From NCBI RefSeq assembly GCF_009914755.1, contig NC_060925.1: a stretch of 64,000 bases of DNA; one strand, written 5' to 3'. Source of the stretch: the human T2T-CHM13v2.0 reference genome, Homo sapiens. The translations under genes and the position numbers were made by a program. A model generated the notes under the pieces. It was not told where the DNA came from. It searched no databases and worked only from the letters and a program-made list of their open reading frames with translations. Each line of letters opens with the position of its first letter. The stretch's first letter is position 1. This document shows positions 12,414-38,141 of the stretch, one piece after another.

Positions 12414-13000
12414 GTTCTGAGAAACTGAGGACCAGAGAGACTGATATGGGAAAACAGGAGGATTTTTTTTTTTAAGGTACACACTGGCTCAGTGGATTCA
12501 TATCCAAAAAGCTGAGCATTGAACAAAGACTGAGCAGGATTTTTATAAGCAGGCTTACAGAAGCAAAACAATGGCAGTTAATCATACAATGACAGGTAAT
12601 GTAATCTATTACATAACTGTGGCCTTGCATAGCTGGTGGCCTTGTAGCTGCATCAAAAGAAAAAAGAAGAACTGGCTAAATACAGACATTTGCCATTTTT
12701 CTTTCTTTTTTTTAATCACCCTTGCTCTGGAGCAGTGGGTGTCTGGAGCCTATTCCTTTCTTTCAACTTCTCCAACAGCATTATCTTATAACTGTCCTTG
12801 AAATGAGCTTGCTAGGCAGAGGAAAACTTGTTTTTTGTTTGTTTGTTTGTTTGTTTTACCTTTGCCTGACACATTCTGGGCCTTGGCTTTTACTTCTCAG
12901 ACTAGGTCACTATGACCTTCTTATAGCTTTGTCTGTAACTTTTCTTGGAGTAAATGAATGTAGTATTTATTGTTATTATTGTGTTTAAATTTCTGCCTCA
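12414..13000 (-). mobile_element. 5' LTR of the ERV1 provirus (MER66-like)
   Basis: Begins TGAGGCAGAAATTTAAA on the minus strand at 13000, has TATAAAA-like and poly(A)-region motifs, and ends just before the PBS. Subfamily from recall. Confidence 0.7.
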
Positions 13001-14224
13001 AGACCAGACTACGTAGTAAAGCAAGACCCCATCACTATTAAAAAAATTAATAGAAAATAGCATATATGATGGGGCATGGTGGTTCATGCCTGTAATCCCA
13101 GCACTTTGGGAGGCCAAGGCAGGTGGATCATCTGAGGTTAGGAGTTCGTGACCAGTGAGGCCAATATGGTGAAACCCCAACCCTACTAAAAATACAAAAA
13201 TTAGCTGGGTGTGTTGGCTCGCACCTGTAATCTCAGCTACGCAGGAGGCTGAGGCAGAAGAATCACTTGAATTTGGGAGGTGGAGGTTGCAGTGAGCTGA
13301 GATCATGCCATTGCACCCCAGCCTGAGTGACAGAGTGAGACTTCATTTCAAAATTAAAAAAAAAAAAGAAAAGAAAATAGCATGTGGAATATCTCTGTGG
13401 TTTTCTTAAAAACAAAGCAAAATCTGTCATTTAAAATCACAATAACATTGCTGGGCACCATGGTTCACTTGAGTCCAGGAATTCTGAGACTAGCCCAGGA
13501 AATGTGGTAAAATCTTTTCTCTGCATGAAATACAAAATATTAGCCAGGTATGCTGCCACGTGCTGGAAGTTCCAGCTACTCAGAAGGCTGAGAGGGGATG
13601 ATTGCTTGAGCCTGGGAGGCAGAGGTTGCAGTGAGTCAAGATTGCAACACTGCACACCACCCTGGGTGACACCCAATCTAAAAAAAAAAAAAGTCTTTCA
13701 ATCCTTTTGTCCAGATGCCCACAAAATACCTGCCATGTTTTATGTTGTCTTGGTTCCCTCCTAGGGTCCCATTAGAACACTTAGTCCCATCCAGCCCAGC
13801 CCTCACCTTACTTTGTAATGTAGGCCTGATTTCTTTCAGTGAAACCTTGACCTTAACCTTGAGAAAAATTACACCCTCAGTAGTTCCTGTCTTCCACCTG
13901 AATGGGCATATGATCTACCATGTTAGGTAGCATAAAACCCAGGTGCCCAGTGGATACACAGAGATTTTTATTGTGTTTTTTAGGGATGACATCCCTGTCT
14001 TCTTAAAGCTGCTTTAATGCTGAAATGTTTTGATACTTTTGATGTGGCCAAAGATTCTCCAATAAAGATATATATATATTCTAATGTCAGAAACAGATTA
14101 AATCCTTCCCTGTATCACTATGAAGGTCACATATTAGTCAAACTTTACCAGTGTTTGTGGAATAAGTGAATAAATGAGTTTTAGACCTTCATCCTGTTAT
14201 TACTTCTTTCACTTTCATAAATGC

Positions 14225-14470
14225 CTATCTAATTTAATCACTTCATGAGAAGAAAATTGAAAACTCAATCAGGGTTAACTGGGTGGAAGTTCACGATCCA
14301 GTTGGATGTCGTTTTCGAATTGAAAGTTGGTAGTCAAGAAGGGGGTTGTAGTGAGAAAGGTCAATAAAAGCTCCTGAAGGTGCACAGAAGAGACCCAAAG
14401 CCCTGGCTCCTGGAGCTACTGCTTGATTCTCACAGAGGTCCCGGCACCCTGCAAAGTGAGTCCAGAACTG
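14225..14470 (+). promoter_or_regulatory. Orphan PRAMEF promoter/exon-1 module with a consensus DUX4 motif and a GC donor
   Basis: TAATTTAATCA 14230-14240, AAACTCAATCA 14261-14271, AAAGGTCAATAAAAG near 14357, exon-1-like sequence ending AGAACTG|GCAAGT at 14470/14471. Homologous to 47250-47510. Confidence 0.75.
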
Positions 14471-14756
14471 GCAAGTCACCACTTTTTAGGGACATGCCCA
14501 TTTGATCTGATCTTCTGTATAGCAAGTCATACAAAAGTCTGGAAGACACTAGCACATACACTGTGAAGAGAAGTCTGGGATAAGGGGAAGATTATAGGAG
14601 ATGTTTGCTCTGTGGTTTTGGAATGTTTTGCATTCAGAATACTGTCCAGAGAAGGGAAAAAGGATGAAAAACAAATGAAGCTCGCCCTCATGTACCTCTA
14701 TGTACCTCCTACCATGCTGGACTTTCTTGTTTTGTTTCATTTTGTTTTTCTTTCTT

Positions 14757-14797
<41 letters not shown>

Positions 14798-14834
14798 TTC
14801 TTTTTTTGATACGGTATCTCACTCTGTTGCCTAG

Positions 14835-15176
<342 letters not shown>

Positions 15177-15384
15177 TAGTGAGCTACTGTTGACGTCCCC
15201 ACGTTAGCAATTTAGTGGCTATACTGATGATAAGCATTTCCATGCATCATGTGGTCAACAGCATTTGCTACCAAGTGCCACGTTCCATGCTCAGCAGTGG
15301 GACCACAGGATGATCGAGACAAAGTTCCTGACCTTTAGCAGCAATATCGAACAAGTGAGATTGTCAAGAAAGAAAAAATCCTTG

Positions 15385-16055
15385 TAAAACATACCATACC
15401 CCTACGATTCAGTCATCATGCTCCCAGGTATTTAACGAAGGGAGTAAACCCACACCTGGATGTTTATAGCAGCTTTATTCATAATCGCCAAAACTTGGAA
15501 GCAAGAAAGATGCCCATCAGTGGGTGACTGGATAAAGAAACTGTGATCCATCTGGTCAGTGAACTATTACAAAGCCATAAAAAGACATGAAAGATTCCTA
15601 AATGCACGTTATTGTACAAGTGAAAGAAGGCAATGTGAAAAGACTCATCCTGTTAGACATTCCAGAAAAGCCTTCTGCCTTTTTCTATGGAGATGGTAGA
15701 AAACCCACTGGTTGCGAGGGATTTGGAGTACAATGGGATGAATGGAAAGAGGACAGAGGACTTTTAAGGAAACAAAACTACTCTGCATGATGCTCTAATG
15801 GTGGATACATGTCATTATCCCTTTGTTAAAATCCATAGAATATACAAAACCAGCAATGATCCTTCATGTAAACTATGGACATTGGGTGATAATGATGTGT
15901 CCCTGTGGCTCATTGATTGTGACGAATGCTCTGTGCTGGTGTGGGTGCTGATCCTGTGGGGGTGCTGTGTATTGAAGGGGGAAGAAGGTAGATGAGAACT
16001 CTGCAGTTTCTGCTTAGTTTTTCTGTGAATCTAAAACTGCTATAAAGAAAAAAAT
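15385..16055 (+). mobile_element. Old L1 (L1MC-like) 3' end
   Basis: GATGTTTATAGCAGCTTTATTCATAATCGCCAAAACTTGGAAGCA... and GGTGGATACATGTCATTA...GTAAACTATGGAC are L1MC 3' UTR hallmarks. Confidence 0.75.
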
Positions 16056-16056
16056 A

Positions 16057-17887
<1,831 letters not shown>

Positions 17888-18224
17888 TAAAAACACCATA
17901 AAATATAATCCTTGCAACACTCAATTATACCATCTGGTCGGATCTATCAGCAGATGGCACCCGAGACATACGGATTGGAAATTTTGATCTTATTATGAAT
18001 GAATCCAGTCCAGAAATGCCCACCCTGCCCCCTGCTGGCTCCTGGGGCTCTGCTCTTTGGGGGAATCGTGATGAAATTGTGGCAGAGAGTAGAAGTTGAG
18101 CCCCATTGCATGCCCTGAGTTCTTGTTGCCTCTCTATTATCAGGAAAAGGAGGTGAGATTGAAAGATGAAAAATGCTGGGACTTCTGCTGAGAAGAGAAA
18201 AAAGAACAAGATGTATTGATCTTA

Positions 18225-18345
18225 CTGTATGCCAGACCCCATGCCAAGCCCTAAACATGAACCATCTCATTGGATCCTACCTAGGTCCCATAAGCTGTTG
18301 GACATCATCATCCTCATTTTACAGGAAGCTGAGGCTCTTGGCTAA
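18225..18345. mobile_element. MIR SINE fragment (mirror copy ~58170-58290)
   Basis: TGTATGCCAGAC...CATCCTCATTTTACAGGAAGCTGAGGCTC, MIR core. Confidence 0.65.
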
Positions 18346-19862
18346 CATCCCTGACAGCAACACCAGCCCCTGAGTACTCAGCAGGATCCTTCACTTGGAT
18401 GCCCGCTATGCAGGCTTCCTCAGCACAGGGAAGGTCACTCATCACCCACAGGCCCTTGATCGTTATCCACCCTTTGATGCTGTCAGATTCCAGAACACGC
18501 TGCACTAGTCTCTTCCTTCATAGGGAGAGAGGGAAGGTGTTATGAGAAAATCTCTCATCAATCTGACCTAGCTCCCCCAAAAGATGTAACTTTTAAAATG
18601 TCAGATGGAAATATTTAAAAAGTGTTACATGCCTGTATAGTTTTAGTATTTTACTTAAAGGGAATGTGGCTGTCTTTACTGGCTACAACCAGTTTAATTC
18701 AAGAAGGGCTGCTGGTCATCAGGGGAACAAGCAAGGTTTGGTGCTGCCCAGAGTCTCCAGCTAATACACAATATGGACATACCCTTCCAGGGCAGCGAGA
18801 AGAGAGTGGCTCCTTGTGCAGTGAAGCTGACATCCACCAACTAAGGCTTCTGGAAGCATGTGGAGACTCACAGGGAGTGGGCAGGGTCTCAGCATCTGGC
18901 TAGCGGTGAAAGACCCTGAGAAGAAGGTGCTTTCCGTGTGGATTGGCTCACTGTTCTTGCCCAGTAATGTTCCAGGCCTTTGGTGTCCACCTGGTGTGTA
19001 TTAACCCACTGAACAGCCACAGAAACTAACAAGGAGTTAACAGACATCTAAAGAAGTGAAGAACTGGAGGAGGCCAAGCCAAGCGTGGTGGTCCACGCCT
19101 ATACTCCCTGCATTTTGGGAGGCCAAGGCAGGAGAATCACAAGCTCAGGAGTTCCAGATCAGCCTGGGGAAGACAGCGAGGCCTTGTTTCTACTAAAAAA
19201 AAGTATCCAGGTGTGGTGGCTCACACAGCTGTAGTCCTAGCTACTCAGGAGGCTGAGGTGGGAAGATCGCCTGAACCCAGGAAATTGAGGCTGCAGTGAG
19301 GTATGATTGTGCCACTGCACTGTAGCCTGAGTGACAGAAGACCTTTAAAAAACAAAAACAAAAGCAAAAGCCTGACACAGTGGCTCACACCTGTAATCCC
19401 AGCATTTTGGTAGGCCTACTTGCATGAATCACCCAAAGTCAGGAGTTTGAGACCAGCCTGACCAACATAGTGAGGAAACCCTGTCTCTACTAAATATACA
19501 CAAATTAGCTGGGCACGGTGGTGCATGCCAGTAATCCCAGCTACTTGGGAGGCTGAGGCAGGAGAATCATTTAAACCCCAGGTGGAGGTTGCAGTCAGCT
19601 GAGATGGCACCATTGCACTCTAAACTCCAGCCTGGGCAACAAGAGTGAAACTCTGTCTCCAATAAAAGAATGGGAGGAAAGTGATTACAATAACCAAATT
19701 TCATTTAAATGCCTTGATTTTCTTGGGCTGCATCTTATTGATTGGACAACTCAGTCAGTGCCTTTTGTTTTTTCCATCAATAACTGAAGATTCCTGAGGC
19801 TTAAACTGGAAAACAGGTTACTTAATAATAGAGGGCACCAGACAGATTCTGCTCAGTTTTCC

Positions 19863-19868
19863 TTTATT
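19863..19868 (-). terminator. AATAAA polyadenylation signal of the chimeric gene
   Basis: TTTATT on the + strand, ~310 nt past the stop; homologous to 56652-56657. Confidence 0.55.
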
Positions 19869-20180
19869 TCTGATTGTTTATTTACAACCATCCATGCAAG
19901 AGTAACTCCCTCATGTATTCTCAAGCCTGAATTCCACTCTAGACATTCAGATTCCCATTTTCGACTCTACAGGATACACGTTCCCAAAGTCCCATCGAAT
20001 CCATGGCAACATTTCCCCCAAGTCCTGCCCCTGCTTGATCAGCATTCCTTTCCCACTTTCAGAGCCCATGTGTGAAACGATGGGTTCTGTGCTCCCTTTA
20101 GGATGTACCTAAGACCTAGGTTTTAGTTTCCAAGTGTCCAGAAGAAAGCGTTTGACATACCCATCCAAATAGGCAGGCAT

Positions 20181-20777
<597 letters not shown>

Positions 20778-20875
20778 TCATAGGGGTGAGTGGAGGGTGG
20801 TGGGGAATGGCTTCAAGGTAATGGATGGAGACCATTTTGCCCAAGTCCAGGATCATTCTCATGGCCGGATGGTCA

Positions 20876-21283
<408 letters not shown>

Positions 21284-22490
21284 TCAAGTTCACAGAATCC
21301 CTAAAGCTCCCTTTCCTCATCTGTCAGGCAGAAAACCACATCCCTGGGCCGCAGAAGCCCAGTGGAGATGCAGGCATAAAGGACAAACCCAGACAGGATC
21401 CTGCAACATCAGCTGGGGTGGGCGGGCTGCAGGCGTCCCTGACACGCCTGTATCATCAGCAAACCATCTATCACTTTCACCATTCTTTGTGCCTGCTCCC
21501 TGACCCTCTGTTTCAGAATCATGCATTGCCTAGGTAATTAATTTACCTGGAGCTCAAAACACTTTTACAACAGGGAATTAGAGATGGGATCATTCATGTT
21601 CACCAAACTATGGGGCACAAAGCTGATTTTCTGACATGTGCAGGTTTGCTGAGCATTCCCCTCTTCAGTGCCCACTTCACTTCCCTACTTTACATCATCT
21701 GCTTAAAAATTATCTTGTTGGCTGGGCGTGGTAGCTCTCGCCTATAATCCCAGCACTTTGGGAGTCCAAGGTGTGTGGATCACCTGAAGTCAGGAGTTGG
21801 AGAATCTCCTGGCCAACATGGTGAAACCCTGTCTCTACTTAAAATATAAAAATTAGCCAGGTGTGCTGACTCATGCCTGTAATCCCAGGCACTCAAGAGG
21901 CTGAGGCAGGAGAATCGCTTGAACCTGGGAGGCAGAAGTTGCTGCGAGCTGAGATGTCACAAGTGCACTTTACCCTGGATGATCAAAGTGAAAATTCATC
22001 TCAGAAAAAAAAAAAGTTATCTTGTTTGTTTTTACTTTTATTTCTTCACTTCTGACAGGGGTCTTGGGATGTTACCCAGACTGGTCTTAAACTCCTAGGC
22101 TCAAGCTATCCTCTTGCCTCAGACTCCCAAAGTGCTAGGATTACAGGCATGAGCCACCGCCCCTGGCCTATTTTTCATCATCTTAACTTAGACACACGTC
22201 CTCAGGAAGAATTCAGAAAGGCACCCTCACTAGATCTGAATCCCCCAGTAGCTAGCTTCCTAGTATGGCAACCTCTCTATAGCATCTCCCCTAGCTGATC
22301 CCTCTGCCTCTATTGGGATGGTTGCATGATACCCATTTCAGGACAGGGCCGCCAACAGGACAATGTATGGACATTCTAGTGTCCCCTTCACTGTTTCATC
22401 CTCATAGGCTGGCTCACAGTAGATGCCCACTAGCGTTTAGTGAAACAGGCTCTGCTGTGGTCTGCAGAGAAAGCTCACCACCCTCCCTCA

Positions 22491-22628
<138 letters not shown>

Positions 22629-23473
22629 TCAGAGGCAGTCCCATTTTAGGCTCAGTCCTTTCACCATCACTGGTGTAATTGGTTCAAGGCCATAAAATCT
22701 CTAAAGCCTCTTTTCTTCATCTTCCAGCAGAAAGCTTCATCTCTGGGCCACAGGAGCCCAGTGGAAGAGATGCCCAAAGAACTGACCTGAGCAAGGTCTA
22801 GGGACATCAGCTAGGGCTACCTGCTTTCAGAGGCTCCCTGACATGGCCACATCTGCAAACCACCTGTCACTTTGTACCACTCTCGTGCCTACTCCCTCAC
22901 CTCCATCCCAGAAGCACGCATTTCCCATGTCACTTACCTTTCCTGGAGTTCAAAACAACCTTTTACAGACAGGGAATCAGAGAGAGGATCATTCATGTTC
23001 ACTAAGCTGTGAGGACAGAGCTTCCTCTGTGAAACGCACAGGTTTGGTGCACTTTCTCTTCTTTTACACCCTCCCCTCTGTTGCCTCTTTTTTATCATAT
23101 TAACTTTAAACACACTTCCTAACAAGGAATTCACAAAAGCTATTCATATTTATCATATTAACTTTAAACACACTTCCTAACAAGGAATTCCTAAAAGGAA
23201 TTCACCCTCACTAGAGCTGAACCCTCCACTAACCAGCTCCCTACACGATGTCCCTCTCTGTAGCTTCTACCCCAGGTCATCCCTCTGCCCTTACTGGAGC
23301 GATCCTGTGATACCCACTTCAGGATATAGAGCACCAAACAGGACAGTGCATTCTAGTGTCCCCTTCCCTAGACATCTCCAGTGGCTGGCACACAGTAGAT
23401 GCTGATTGGTGTTTATTGTAACAAAAAAAGGCTGTGCTATGGCCCCCAGAGAAAGCTCACCATCCTTCCTCAC

Positions 23474-24052
23474 CTGATCAGCTGGTCCAGGTGGCCTCTG
23501 AAGAAGCAGACCCTTCTTACATAAAGCATCTGGAGGTTCTCCAGCCTGAGGAGCACAGAGCTGAATTCAGCAACTAACTGTTCTTGGCTGTCAGAGCTTA
23601 GCAGGTAACGACAGCCATCGGAGATGAAGAGTTTGCGAAGATTCCTCATCTGGCTCAGGTAAGGGCTAAACTCTACTATCATACACGGCCAGCACATGTT
23701 CCAAATTTCCAACACTTGGATACTGTCTGGGTATACTGTTTCCAATATGTTTCTGAAATTTAGAATGCTCATTGAATAATTCACCACCTTAGTACAGCAC
23801 AGGTGTACTGAACCTCTTCTGTGCTGGACCCACCCAGAGAAGAAGCTCAGATCTTCATCCATGAATTTTTCCTTGAGGCAAACATCCATGAACACCTTCA
23901 AGGGCTGCTTCTCTCCTGTCCTTGGACAGTCCTCCACTGTCTGCCTCTTACTCATGGCCTCTGGGGAGCAGGACAGGGGCCTGGCTCCAGACCATATGGT
24001 CCAAAAATTCTCATCAACATCCCGCAATTCCAGCACTTGAAGTTTCCGCCTC
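23474..24052 (-). CDS. Chimeric PRAMEF gene, exon 3 (PRAMEF18/19/22-class)
   Basis: ACTCACAG|G acceptor, ATCAG|GTGAG donor, 579 nt, open: [24 protein letters not shown]...FFRGHLDQLI. Confidence 0.88.
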
Positions 24053-24438
24053 CTGTGAGTAACATAGGGGAAAAGCTCAGAACGTAGACAAGGACCCACC
24101 CCTGACCTGGGCTTTCACTCCACATCAAGGACTTCAGCTGCTTTTTTCCTCAGCGCCCCTCCTTCTGTCTCTTCTCCATCCCTTTCCCCCTTGGATTCTG
24201 CCTGGTACCCACTTCTAGTGCCTTTACCTTCCACTGGGAGCAGGCAGGTTCCTGTTTCCTCAGTGGACCCTGTATGGTGAGCAGTCCTTTCCCAGAGGAG
24301 CTGGGCAATAGCCAAGAACGTTCCCAGCTTTCTCACTGGCACCATCAGAAGCCCCTGGGCCACCCCGGGTTCCCAATTTGTCTGACCCAGCTGTTTAGTC
24401 CCTGGACACCTGGGCCCTCCCCACCTGGGTCACCTCAC

Positions 24439-24731
24439 CTGGGGCGAACCTTTTGGGCAAGCAGGCAATCAATCCCATCCACTACATAATGTAAGATCTC
24501 CAGATCAGGCGTCTTCATCAGGGACCCCAGAGGGAGGCAGGGGAAGGGCCAGGCCTGCACCATCACCTTCAGAACCTCGCAGCGTCTGCTAGTGAAGGCC
24601 TCCACGAACAGTGGGGGGAAGAGCTCCCTGGGCAGCTCATCCAAGATGGAGATGGCCAAGGCCTGGTCCCCCAGCAGGCTCTGCCCTGCCAGCTCCAGGA
24701 GTCTGCGTGGGGCCTGTAGGCTCATCCTCAT
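24439..24731 (-). CDS. Chimeric PRAMEF gene, exon 2 coding part (PRAMEF22-like N-terminus with BC-box/Cul2-box)
   Basis: Acceptor TTCTTGCAG|A at 24736/24735, ATG at 24731, [42 protein letters not shown]..., donor CCCAG|GTGAG at 24439/24438. Confidence 0.88.
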
Positions 24732-25089
24732 AAATCTGCAAGAAAACAAATCCAGAGAAAAGACAAACTTATCAGGCCAGTCCTCTCACACCCTGACTTC
24801 TCCTGGGCCAAAAGTCACTACTCTGGCAGATGTGAAAGAGTCCTAAGTTTACCCCAATTCGACTCTGCAATAATTGGCCACACAGACATAGTTCTGCCCT
24901 TCTGGTACCAAGAAGAGTGTCTCCTAACCTCCAAGGAACGGGCAAAATCACTCCTACTCCATGAATTTTCATTAATTGCTCCACCCAACTCTATTAGCTC
25001 TGGGAAGTGTTACCAAGAGTCTTCAAAGCTCAGCTCCTTTTTTGAGAAAAAATGTCTTCTCAATTTAAGGATCTAAAACAATGGTCATG

Positions 25090-26920
<1,831 letters not shown>

Positions 26921-27122
26921 CATTTGAAATGACATAAACTAAACACAAATAAAATATTTGGAGTGAAGAGATAAAACTGCATTAGAGAAAAAATTAAAGC
27001 CTACATCTGTTCATCTGAAAAACAGGCAGGAAAATTCGCTGTGCCACCTTGGCCTTCATGTCGCCATCTCTACTGGCTGACTGTGGGTCATAGGAGTGCC
27101 CCTGTGAAGGTACCTGACTTAC

Positions 27123-27680
27123 CAGATCTGGACTCACTTTGCAGTCTGCTCGGACCTCTTGGAGAATCAAGCAATAACTCCAGGTACCACAGCTTGGGGT
27201 CTCTTCTGTGGATGTTCACAAGCTTTCTTGGACCTTTCTGTTTTTTTGAGATGGAGTTTCGCTCTTGTTGCCCAGTTTGGAGTAAAATGGCGTGATCTCG
27301 GCTCACCGCAACCTCCACCTCCTGGATTCAAGTGATTCTCCTGTCTCAGTCTCCAAAGTAGCCGGAATTACAGGCATGCGCCACCACACCTAGCTAATTT
27401 TGTATTTTTAGCAGAGATGGTGTTTCACCATATTGGCCAGCCTGGTCTTGGGAACTCCTGACCTCATGACCCACCCTCCTCCTCAGCCTCCCAAAGTGCT
27501 GGGATTACAGGCATGAGCCACGGCTCCCAGCAACTTTCTTGGACTTTCCTAATCCCACCTCCTTTATCAACTTCCAGATTCCTATCAGAAAGTGATACCT
27601 GATTGGATTTCTGAATTCCACCCAGTTAAGCCTGATTGAAGTTTTGGCTTTCTGCAGAATAATGGATTGAATCAGATATC
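27123..27680 (-). promoter_or_regulatory. Non-coding exon 1 (~27215-27123) and promoter of the chimeric gene, interrupted by an Alu (27241-27531)
   Basis: Donor CAGATCTG|GTAAGT at 27123/27122; DUX4-like AAATCCAATCA at 27610-27600; homologous to the other PRAMEF exon-1 modules. Confidence 0.75.
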
Positions 27681-28072
27681 CAATCATGAAACTGAAAGCA
27701 CTGTAATTAGGGTGGAAGTCAAGAACTCATTTTGATGATTTTGATGTCACCAAAGAACTCCCAACCATAATATTTTCCGGTTTTGCTTTTCTGTCTAATC
27801 TCAGGAATAGGTTGAACCCTTCCCTGTCTTCCACTCAGGACTAGGAAGGTCACATATTACTACCACTCCATCTCTGCTTCTGGAGGGCATTAATGAGTGA
27901 ATTCTTGACTTCCACCCGAACAAACACTGATGGAATTTACCAGTATGTGACCTTCTTTGTTCTGAGTGTGAGACAGGGAACTCTCACTCTGTTCCTGACA
28001 TTAGAGAGAAAAACAAAACCTAAAAAGATTAATGTTGGGGAAATCTTTGGCCCCGTCAAAATTATCAAAATG

Positions 28073-34250
<6,178 letters not shown>

Positions 34251-35071
34251 CAACAAACGTATTTAAACAAATAAATAGAATAAAAGCACCAGAAAATGAT
34301 CATCTTAATTGCTGTAGGAAAAACATTTGAAAAAATTCAATGACTCATTAAGGATTTTAAAAATATTCTCAGCAAAATAAGAAAATAATTCCTCAATATG
34401 AATTGCTCAATGGGATTACAGGCACACACCATCCACCTTATCAGTCAGTCCCTTAGTAAATTCCATCAGTGTTTGTTAGGATTAGGGTGGAAGTCAAGAA
34501 TTCATTCATTAATGCCCTCCACAGAGAATGAATTGTACTAATATGTGACCTTCCTTCCTATTTTTGAGTTTGAGACAGGGAAGGGTTCAATCCGCTCCTG
34601 AGATTAGACACAAAAACAAAACCTGAAAGCTTTATGGTTCAGAGATCTTTGGCTGGATCAACGTTATCAAAATGAATTCTTGACTTGCATTCTAATCCCA
34701 ACACTTTCAATTTCATGATTGGATATCCAAGGGATTGAATGGACACCTGAATTCACAGGCTCAAGTGGGTGGAGCTTCAGAAATCCAATCAGGCATCACT
34801 CTCTGATGGGAAGCTGGTGGTTGAAAAGGGGAGGTGTGATGAGAAAGGTTCAAGAAAGCTTTTGAGCACCCCCAGAAGAGACCCAGAGCTGTGGTGCCTG
34901 GAGTTACTGCTTGGTTCTCCACAAGATCCGAGCACACTGCAAAGTGAGTCCAGATCTGGTAAGTCAGGGACCTCCACAAAGGGCACTCCTATGACCCACA
35001 GTCAGACAGTCAGGATGACGACATGGAGGTCAAGATGACACAGAGAATTCTCCTGCCTGTTTTTCAGATGA

Positions 35072-35412
<341 letters not shown>

Positions 35413-35771
35413 TGAGATTACAGGCATGAACCACCACGCCCAGCCACTCTCCAAATATTTTATTTCTGTTTTAGTTTATGCCATCTCAAAGTTCTCTTTT
35501 ATTTTATTTTTTTGAGACAAACTTGCTCTGTCACCCAGGCTGGAGTGCAGTGGTGCGATCCTGATTCACTGCAACCTCCGCCTCCCGGATCAAGTGATTC
35601 TCCTGCCTCAGCCTCCCTACTATCTGGAATGACAGGCGCCCACCACTATGCCTGACTAAATTTTGTTGTTTTTTTTTTCCCATATTGCTTCAGGGCTTGA
35701 TAAGCTTCTTCTTCTTTTTTTTTTTTTTGAGACGGAGTGTCACTCTTGCCCTGGCTGCAGGGCAATGGCAC

Positions 35772-36292
<521 letters not shown>

Positions 36293-36532
36293 TAGGCAAC
36301 CACCATCCCACCTGGCTAATTTTTGTATTTTTAGTAGAGATGGGGTTTCACCATGTTGGCCAGGCTTGTCTCAAACTCCTGACTTCGTGATCCGCCCGCC
36401 TCGGCCTCCCAAAGTGCTGGGATTACAGGTGTGAGCCACCGTGCCCAGCCCTAATTTTGTATTTTTAGTAGAGGTAAGTTTTCACCATGTTGGCCAGGCT
36501 GGTCTTGAACTCCTGACCTCTCAAGTGATTAA

Positions 36533-36893
<361 letters not shown>

Positions 36894-37197
36894 TAGCTGA
36901 GACTCCCATGATGGCTCACACCTGTAATTCCAGCAACCTTGAAAGGCCAAGGCAGCCAGATCACATGAGGCCAACTCCATCTCTACTTAAAATGCAAACA
37001 TTAGCCGGGCATGGTGGTGCACACCTGGGTGACCCAGCAAGACTCTGCCTTAAAAAGGAAAAAAAAATGTATTTGTGCTTTGTTTTATGTCATTTCAAAA
37101 TTCTTAACCAAAGAACTAAAAAAGAATCCAACTGGGCCAGGGACAGCAGCTCATGCCTGTAATCCCAGCACTTTGGGAGACCAAGGTGGGTGCATCA

Positions 37198-37461
<264 letters not shown>

Positions 37462-38096
37462 TTAAAATTTGTAGATTGTGTGCCCTTAATTTGCAGTTTA
37501 TAGACTATGTTATTATGATTTTAATTTCTTGAGACAAAGTCTCACTCTGTCACCCAGCTGTACTGCAGTGGTGTGATAATTGCCTCAGTGCAACCTCTGT
37601 CTCCTGTATTCAAGGGATCTTCTCACCTCAGCCTTCCCAGTAGCTGGGATTACAGTCCCACACCATGAGGCCTGGCTAATTGTATTTTCAGTAGAGATGG
37701 GGTTGTACCATATTGCCCAGGCTGGTCTGGAACCCCTGGACTCCATGTAATCTGCCAGCCCTTAGCCTCCCAAAGTGCTGGGATTACAGGCAAGAGTCAC
37801 CCCACCCAAGAATGCTATTGTGATTTTGAAAGATAGGCTTTGTTTTTTACTAAAATTATAAAGATATTCCTTCCACTATGTTCTATTAAATTTTTTTATA
37901 ATGATGGGGTCTCGCTTTGTTAGCCAGGCTGGTCTGGAACACCTGGACTCAAGCAAACCCCCCACCTTGTCTCCTAAAGTCTTGGGATTACAGGCATGAG
38001 CCACCATGTCTGGCCCCATACACTATTTTCAAGAGTAGAGTCTTTGTTTTGAATGTAGGATCCATTTCTTCCCCTAGACTCAATCCCAAAGTGTGC

Positions 38097-38140
<44 letters not shown>
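38097..38140. repeat. (TAT)n microsatellite, Alu-tail derived
   Basis: About 14 TAT units next to an antisense Alu. Confidence 0.9.

Positions 38141-38141
<1 letters not shown>

Larger units (their letters stand above)
7770..13000 (-). mobile_element. Defective class I ERV (HERV3/HERV-E supergroup): 5' LTR, leader, gag, internally deleted pol (RT end, RNase H, integrase); 3' truncated
   Basis: Minus-strand fragments: gag MA KWPSFGVGWPTKGT..GHPDQFPYID (11326-11529), CA DLLNWKHHTPSY..THNPTWPDCRQ (10740-11001), RT end LGAAGFCHIWIPNF, RNase H KGLLTAGGKEIK..ADREAK (9247-9744), integrase WKLHTAYQPQSS.KVE.MN.TLK (8758-9024). Many stops and frameshifts; AluY inserted at 8152-8462. Confidence 0.9.

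Noticed and set aside
18900-18990. PEKKVLSVWIG resembles actin PERKYSVWIG
   Set aside because: Similarity does not extend convincingly to either side; BLASTX would be needed
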